NCBI GenBank assembly: GCA_965207735.1
Contig: OZ242296.1
Location: forward strand, 448,001 to 512,000
From: Candidatus Versatilivorator sp.
GTDB lineage: Bacteria > Acidobacteriota > Terriglobia > Versatilivoradales > Versatilivoraceae
Length of the DNA: 64,000 bases
Reading direction: 5' to 3'
Shown here: positions 58,586 to 64,000 of the stretch, in pieces
Layout of the letters: each line of letters opens with the position of its first letter
Numbering within the stretch: position 1 is the first letter of the stretch
Translations under genes and position numbers: made by a program
Notes under the pieces: generated by a model
What the model was told of the DNA's origin: nothing
Database searches by the model: none
What the model saw: the letters and a program-made list of their open reading frames with translations, nothing else

Positions 58586-60311
58586 ACTGATCCTGCATCC
58601 GGCTTTCCTGGTCCTGATGGGGGCACTGGTCCTTGCGTTGGTCCCCCCCAGAGCCAGGGGCAAGGTTTTTCCGCTCTTTCCATTGGGCGCCCTCTGGATT
58701 TGCTGGAGCCTTTCGGCCGATCAGAGCCTTTCGGTCGAGTTCCTGGACTACCGCTTGTCGATCCTGCAGGTGGACCGATTAAGCCGGATCTTCGGCATCG
58801 TTTTCTCGCTGATCGGTTTCGCCGGAGGCCTTTTTGCTCTTCACCTCAGGGATGTTCGCCAACAGGTCGCCGCCTTGCTCTACACCGGCAGCGCGCTGGG
58901 ACTGGTCTTCTCGGGGGATTGGCTGACTCTCTTTTTCTTCTGGGAACTGACCGCCCTCTCATCGACGGTTCTGATCTGGTCCAGGCGGGGGACAGGACCC
59001 AGGGTGGGCCTGCGTTACCTGCTGGTCCACCTGTTTGGAGGCAGCCTGTTGCTGGCCGGGATTCTGGGGCAGGTGCACGCCTCCGGGGATATTGGCCTTC
59101 AGTTGTTGGAGGCCGGTCGTTTGTCCTCCTGGCTGATCCTGGCGGGCATCGCCGTCAACGCCGCCATTCCTCCGCTCCACGCTTGGCTGGCCGACGCCTA
59201 TCCCAGGGCCACCGTAACCGGCGCGGTGTTCCTGAGCGCTTTCACCACCAAGTCGGCGGTCTACCTGCTGGCCCGAGTGGCGCCGGGCTGGGAGGTCCTG
59301 ATTACCCTGGGAGTCATCATGGCTCTCTACGGGGTCATCTTCGCCGTCCTGGCCAACGATATCCGGGAAATCCTTGCCTATCACATCATCAGCCAGGTTG
59401 GATACATGGTTGCCGGAGTCGGTATCGGTACGCCGCTGGCTCTCAACGGCGCCGTGGCCCATGCCTTCAGCCACATTCTCTACAAGGCCCTCCTCTTCAT
59501 GGGAGCAGGGGTGGTCCTGCAGTCGACCGGTCGGAGCCGGCTGAGTGAACTGGGCGGATTGGGCAGGACGATGCCGGTGACGCTGTGGCTGTACATGGCG
59601 GGCGCCTTCTCCATTTCGGGATTTCCTTTCTTCAATGGCTTTATCAGCAAGTCAATGGTGGTCAGCGCCGCCCTGAACGCCCATCACCAGGCTGCCTTCC
59701 TGCTCCTGGGCCTGGCATCGGTGGGGACCTTTCTCTCGATCGGTCTCAAGCTGCCCTATTTCACCTGGTTCGGTCGCGGTCGGCAGGAGATCAGTGTGTC
59801 GCCGAGTCCCCGGAACATGCACCTGGCCATGGGGCTGCTGGCTTTTCTTTGCATCGGTTTTGGAGTGTTTCCCTCGCTGCTGTACGCCGAGCTGCCCTAC
59901 GGCGCCAGCTACCGGCCCTACACCATCCCTCACCTGGTGGAAAGCATTCAATTGCTTGCCGCGACCTTTTTGGGTTTCTGGTGGTACCGCTCCAGGCTGG
60001 CCGGCCAGCCGACCTTGACGCTGGACACCGATTGGTTCTATCGTCGACCGGCAGGCTGGATTCGCCGATTCGTGGTTGAAGGGACCAGCCGACTCTTCGA
60101 CCGGGCCGATGCCGGGATCCTCGCCGGTATTGGTTGGCTGGCAGCGAGGACAAAGAACCCCACCCTTTGGTTTCGCCGCGGGGCGGAACCCGAGCAGGCG
60201 CCGGCCATCTCTGGCGAGGACCCCGATGCGACCCGGCCCAAACTGGAGTTGGCCGTGACGTTGATTCTTCTCAGTGCGCTCTTGATTGCGGCAGTGGCTT
60301 TCTTCCGATAG
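58572..60311 (+). CDS. Mrp subunit D-like antiporter subunit (third)
   Basis: PPLHAWLADAYP, FTTK, AYHIISQVGYM and LDTDWFYR. Confidence 0.85.
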   Translation: MMGSELILHPAFLVLMGALVLALVPPRARGKVFPLFPLGALWICWSLSADQSLSVEFLDYRLSILQVDRLSRIFGIVFSLIGFAGGLFALHLRDVRQQVAALLYTGSALGLVFSGDWLTLFFFWELTALSSTVLIWSRRGTGPRVGLRYLLVHLFGGSLLLAGILGQVHASGDIGLQLLEAGRLSSWLILAGIAVNAAIPPLHAWLADAYPRATVTGAVFLSAFTTKSAVYLLARVAPGWEVLITLGVIMALYGVIFAVLANDIREILAYHIISQVGYMVAGVGIGTPLALNGAVAHAFSHILYKALLFMGAGVVLQSTGRSRLSELGGLGRTMPVTLWLYMAGAFSISGFPFFNGFISKSMVVSAALNAHHQAAFLLLGLASVGTFLSIGLKLPYFTWFGRGRQEISVSPSPRNMHLAMGLLAFLCIGFGVFPSLLYAELPYGASYRPYTIPHLVESIQLLAATFLGFWWYRSRLAGQPTLTLDTDWFYRRPAGWIRRFVVEGTSRLFDRADAGILAGIGWLAARTKNPTLWFRRGAEPEQAPAISGEDPDATRPKLELAVTLILLSALLIAAVAFFR

Positions 60312-60326
60312 ATCGACTGTGGATGT

Positions 60327-60863
60327 ATGAGGTCGCCAATGAACTTGAGTGTCTTCTATCCCGCCCCCGCGGGCTTGCCGGTGCCGGTCAATCCCCCCAG
60401 GGGAGATGACGAGATCTACAGCTTGGTGAGCGGCACAGACTGGCGCCAGGCGCTTCAGTTGGGGTCGGATCGTCTGGTGCGCGCCGGGGCCCTCTGGGTT
60501 TACGGCTTCCTGGACGAGGCTCACCGCCTGACCCAACAGGACTCTTCCTCGGAAGGAGCCTATTGGCATGCCCTGGTGCATCGAAGCGAAGGGGACTTCA
60601 ACAATGCGCTCTACTGGTTCCGCCGCGCCGGAGCCCATCCTGTCCAGGCCCGGTTGAGGACCAGGGTCCGGGAGGCGATGAAAGGGCGGAGTACGGAGGG
60701 TTGGCAGACCCTGGTGGAAGGCCCGCACTGGGATCCTGCCCGCTTGGTGGAGCTGTGCAAACGGTCGACACGGGGCGAACTGACCCAACCGGCGGTCCTT
60801 CGGGAAGTCGCCCGTATCGAATACAATCTCCTGATGGAATACGTCCTGGCTCAGGCTCGCTAA
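60327..60863 (+). CDS. Conserved hypothetical protein
   Basis: AH...Q...YWHALVHRSEGDF.NA.YWF motif. Confidence 0.6.
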   Translation: MRSPMNLSVFYPAPAGLPVPVNPPRGDDEIYSLVSGTDWRQALQLGSDRLVRAGALWVYGFLDEAHRLTQQDSSSEGAYWHALVHRSEGDFNNALYWFRRAGAHPVQARLRTRVREAMKGRSTEGWQTLVEGPHWDPARLVELCKRSTRGELTQPAVLREVARIEYNLLMEYVLAQAR

Positions 60864-60950
60864 GGGAGAGGATGCGGGTGGGCCGTCCCGATGGTGCGAT
60901 GGAGCGTATCCGGCGGGCACCGTTTGGGAAACTCCCCGGGTGAAACAGGG

Positions 60951-61128
60951 TTGTTTCAGACAAGCGAGGCGCCTGCCCTGGTGTGCGGATCATACATAGA
61001 GTGAAACAATCGGAAATCGACCATCCCTTCACGACCTTGGTACCCCGTCGCGGTTAACCTCAGCGCCTTAGTGTCCCTTCGTGGATAAGTCTTTTTCTTT
61101 TGTCTCTTGTCGTTTGTTTCAGGCAAGC
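60951..61128. repeat. Dispersed element bounded by TTGTTTCAGRCAAGC direct repeats (copy B)
   Basis: Near-identical to 18315-18511; supplies the C-terminus of ftcD. Confidence 0.8.
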
Positions 61129-62022
61129 AGCCAGGCGGTTCTCGAAGACCCTATCGGACCGGAAGTCCTTCAGTCGCAGCGACGATTGGAAGGAGGCAGG
61201 CAGGGCTTTCTTCGGAACCAGTCCCACGATTTCGCTGTCGGCCACCCGGGTTCCCAACCGTTCGGCTTCCTGGCAGACGGCCTGGAAGACCCTTTGGATC
61301 GAGCTGATTTCGAAGTCGGTCAGGTTGATCGATACCTGGGCCTGGTCCCTGGTCTCGAGGCGCACTCCAATTGCCTTGACATGGGGGAGCCCACCGCTGG
61401 AGGAGCGGATCTTGCGGGCAATGCGATTGGCCGGCCTGACGTCCGACGTCGCCAGATTGACGTTGTAGGCGATCAGGAATTTGCGGGCGCCGACCGCCGT
61501 AGCTCCAGCCGTGGGGTGGAGTTGTGGACCACCGAAGTCGGGCCGGCGGGCCGTCGGTCGGGCCAACTCGGAGCGCAGACCTTCGAACTGTCCCCTCCGC
61601 ACATTCTCCAGGCGGGCCCGTGCCGGTTGCCTGGCCGCGACCCCATAGAGATAGACCGGGATGCCGCAACGGCGGTAAGCCTCTTTCCCCACGGTGTGAG
61701 CAATCGACGCGCAGTCCTGCAAGGTCACGCCTCTGACCGGAACGAAAGGAACCACATCGGTGGCTCCGATGCGCGGGTGGACTCCCGAATGCCGATTGAG
61801 ATCAATCAACTCAGCCGCTTTGCCCATCCCCCTTAAAGCCCCCTCGGCCACACCCGCCCTGTCGCCCACAAAGGTGATGACGGTTCGGTGGTGGTCGGGG
61901 TCCATGGTGCGGTGCAGGATCCCCACGCCGGCAACCGAGGCGATGGCGGAAAGGATGCGGTCGATCACCCGTGGATCTCTCCCCTCACTGAAATTGGGGA
62001 CACATTCAACGATCGTTTTCAC
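61060..62022 (-). CDS. ftcD: Glutamate formimidoyltransferase
   Basis: VECVPNFSEGR, HPRIGATDVVPF, GARKFLIAYN and SEIVGLVP. Confidence 0.92.
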   Translation of the reverse strand: MKTIVECVPNFSEGRDPRVIDRILSAIASVAGVGILHRTMDPDHHRTVITFVGDRAGVAEGALRGMGKAAELIDLNRHSGVHPRIGATDVVPFVPVRGVTLQDCASIAHTVGKEAYRRCGIPVYLYGVAARQPARARLENVRRGQFEGLRSELARPTARRPDFGGPQLHPTAGATAVGARKFLIAYNVNLATSDVRPANRIARKIRSSSGGLPHVKAIGVRLETRDQAQVSINLTDFEISSIQRVFQAVCQEAERLGTRVADSEIVGLVPKKALPASFQSSLRLKDFRSDRVFENRLAACLKQTTRDKRKRLIHEGTLRR

Positions 62023-62067
62023 GGTGCACCCGGCGACCTGCTCAACTTGGGCGTTCAGGGTTGTGGG

Positions 62068-62523
62068 TTATGCCGAAGACCTCAGCAGGGAGGCGTATTC
62101 CTCGGGGAGGGTTTTGGGTCTGCCGTTTCGGTCCAGGACGATATGAGTGGTGCTGCCCGTAGCCACCAGAACGCCGCCGTTCTTCTTGATAATCTCGTAG
62201 CGAAAGTTCAAGGTCCGCTTCCGCAAGGATTCGATGGCGGTGCGAATCTGCAGGACCTCGTCGTAAAGGGCGGGGGAGTGGTAACGGCAGCGGGCTTCCG
62301 CCACGGCCAGGTAGGCCTGGGTGTTGGATTCCATTTCAGCGTAGGAGAATCCCCGATCCCGGCACACCTCGGAACGTCCGACCTCGAACCAGACCAGGTA
62401 GTTGGAGTAGTAGGCCACCCCCATCTGGTCCGTTTCGGCGTAGCGTACCCGAATTTCAGTGGTCACCCAACGGGTCGGGAACTGAGATGAGCGCCGGAGC
62501 CGCTCGGGCATGAGAGTCGGCAT
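62068..62523 (-). CDS. YbgC/FadM-family acyl-CoA thioesterase
   Basis: RVRYAETDQMGVAYYSNYLVWFEVGR. Confidence 0.88.
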   Translation of the reverse strand: MPTLMPERLRRSSQFPTRWVTTEIRVRYAETDQMGVAYYSNYLVWFEVGRSEVCRDRGFSYAEMESNTQAYLAVAEARCRYHSPALYDEVLQIRTAIESLRKRTLNFRYEIIKKNGGVLVATGSTTHIVLDRNGRPKTLPEEYASLLRSSA

Positions 62524-62527
62524 TTAA

Positions 62528-62657
62528 CCCGTATTTCCCACCAGGTCGCTGGTGGCGTCACGAAGAGTAGTTTATCTTCAGTACCTTGATTGGCCTCATG
62601 TAAAGGGCTAATCGGTAACAGACTAGGCTGGGCATGCCCCCTGGTGAGAAATGCGGG
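62528..62657. mobile_element. MITE-like element with ~18-bp imperfect terminal inverted repeats
   Basis: CCCGTATTTCCCACCAGG ... CCTGGTGAGAAATGCGGG. Confidence 0.6.
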
Positions 62658-62690
62658 CTGAAGCGTCCGCTTGGCGGTGGAGAGCTCTGC

Positions 62691-63242
62691 TTATTGGCTC
62701 CCCGAAGTGGAACCGGCGGAGGCAGCAGAGTTGTTGAACTGGTCAATGACCTCCTGAGTGATCTCTATGGCGGGATTGACGAAGGCAACCTCCTGAGAAA
62801 AGTTCACAATTAGTGAAATGTTGTTCTCCTGAGCATATTTTGCAACCACGGGTCTCAGTTGGCTGGCGATCTGGCGCACGATTTGCTGTTGCCTCTCACT
62901 GAATTCTTTTTGAGCGTCTTCCTGGTCCCGCTTCAGTTGAGTGTTCTTGGATTCGATATTCCTGTTCAGAGCCCTCTGGGCATCGGGATTCAGCGAGGCT
63001 GACTGCTCAACCAGTTGCCGCTGCAGGGTGGAGATCTCGTTGGTTTTCTGCTGTAACTCGGCCCTTTTGGCGGCCACCATTTTCTCGAACTCGGCAAAAA
63101 GCCTCTTGCCTTCGCTGGACTCACGGATCACGGCCGAGTAGTTGAGCACCGCCACCTTTCCGTTGGAACTCTGGGCGAACGCGTTTGCAGACAGGATTGA
63201 TACTCCGGCCAGCAGGCTGAGGATGAATTTCTTGGTCGGCAT
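62691..63242 (-). CDS. skp: OmpH/Skp periplasmic chaperone
   Basis: Signal peptide, KVAVLN...SSEGK, coiled coil and IEITQEVI. Confidence 0.8.
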   Translation of the reverse strand: MPTKKFILSLLAGVSILSANAFAQSSNGKVAVLNYSAVIRESSEGKRLFAEFEKMVAAKRAELQQKTNEISTLQRQLVEQSASLNPDAQRALNRNIESKNTQLKRDQEDAQKEFSERQQQIVRQIASQLRPVVAKYAQENNISLIVNFSQEVAFVNPAIEITQEVIDQFNNSAASAGSTSGSQ

Positions 63243-63329
63243 CTTCAGTACTCCTTGACTCAAGGATTGCGGGAGAACCCCTCCCTTTCCAATATGATAC
63301 ACGTGCGAACGCGATTTTGGCTACAGAGG

Positions 63330-64000
63330 TTAGGGAAAGTACTTTCCCAGGGATGCGGGAAGTGACTTGATGATGTCGTTGTAGGTCACTGCCACGACCA
63401 GCAGGATCACCATGACGACACCCACCTGGGTCACCTTCTCCCGGACGCTCAAGCTGAGGTCGCGTCCAACCAGAGACTCGACCAGAATGATGGCGATGAC
63501 TCCGCCGTCCAGGATGGGGATGGGCAACAAATTGACGATTCCCAGGTTGATGCTGATCACGGCGACGAACAGGATCAAATCGGAGATGCCGGACTTGGCG
63601 GCCAAGCTGGACTGTCTGGCAATCGCAATCGGACCGCCGACCATGCTCACCGGCGCCGTACCCCGAATCAGCCGATGAAGGAACTCGAATAACAGTCCTC
63701 CAAAGCGGACATTCCGCTCGATGGAAGCGTCCAGCGCCTCCAGCAGCGAGAGTTGCTTGACGGTGGTTCTGACCATGGGGGTGAGCATGACCCCGATCAT
63801 CCGTCTTTGGGTGGTTTCGTCCACATAGGGGGTGACTTGGAAATTCAGCTCCCGGCCGTTGCGGAGGACGGTGATGGGAATGACGGGGTCGCGGTTACGG
63901 TCCATCGCATCCACCAGATCGAGCCCGGCCTGACTGAGCAATACACCGCCCACCTTGACTACCTGGTCTCCCGGCAGAATGCCCGCTTCGGCGGCGGGTT
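63330..64000 (-). CDS. rseP: RIP metalloprotease RseP (3' part; 5' end outside window)
   Basis: PDZ-like segment, GGPIAIA and SINLGIVNLLPIPILDGG. Confidence 0.9.
   Translation of the reverse strand, partial: PAAEAGILPGDQVVKVGGVLLSQAGLDLVDAMDRNRDPVIPITVLRNGRELNFQVTPYVDETTQRRMIGVMLTPMVRTTVKQLSLLEALDASIERNVRFGGLLFEFLHRLIRGTAPVSMVGGPIAIARQSSLAAKSGISDLILFVAVISINLGIVNLLPIPILDGGVIAIILVESLVGRDLSLSVREKVTQVGVVMVILLVVAVTYNDIIKSLPASLGKYFP

Noticed and set aside
52807-60311. Membrane-bound hydrogenase or complex I
   Set aside because: The operon has no catalytic or Fe-S subunits.

Overview
GC-rich bacterial chromosome segment. The gene set and repeat families suggest an Acidobacteriota-like, possibly host-associated organism (inference only). 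Bases 1 to ~8950 are an accessory island of lower GC. It contains three direct copies of a ~150-180 bp inverted-repeat (MITE-like) element that bracket a RES-domain gene and a catalytically degenerate M29-like gene, plus remnants of IS1634, a P2 GpD-like gene, an MFS gene, a Tn3-family transposon and IS3. It also carries a translationally coupled pair of STAND-like P-loop ATPases; the second has seven near-identical 42-aa TPR repeats with hypervariable positions and is truncated by IS3. The rest is mostly core or metabolic: cofG/cofH with a ferredoxin, a SagB-like nitroreductase and a PPOX-family gene; transporters; ihfB; rpmE-prfA-prmC-hinT; nrdJ with NrdR boxes; thiC; etfBA; coaD-rsmD-recG; prfB with its programmed frameshift; rpsT; larA-like; a split Mrp Na+/H+ antiporter operon; ftcD; skp; and partial rseP. 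Several small dispersed repeat families lie in the intergenic regions. No rRNA, tRNA or CRISPR array was recognised. All assignments come from motif recognition by eye, with no database searches.
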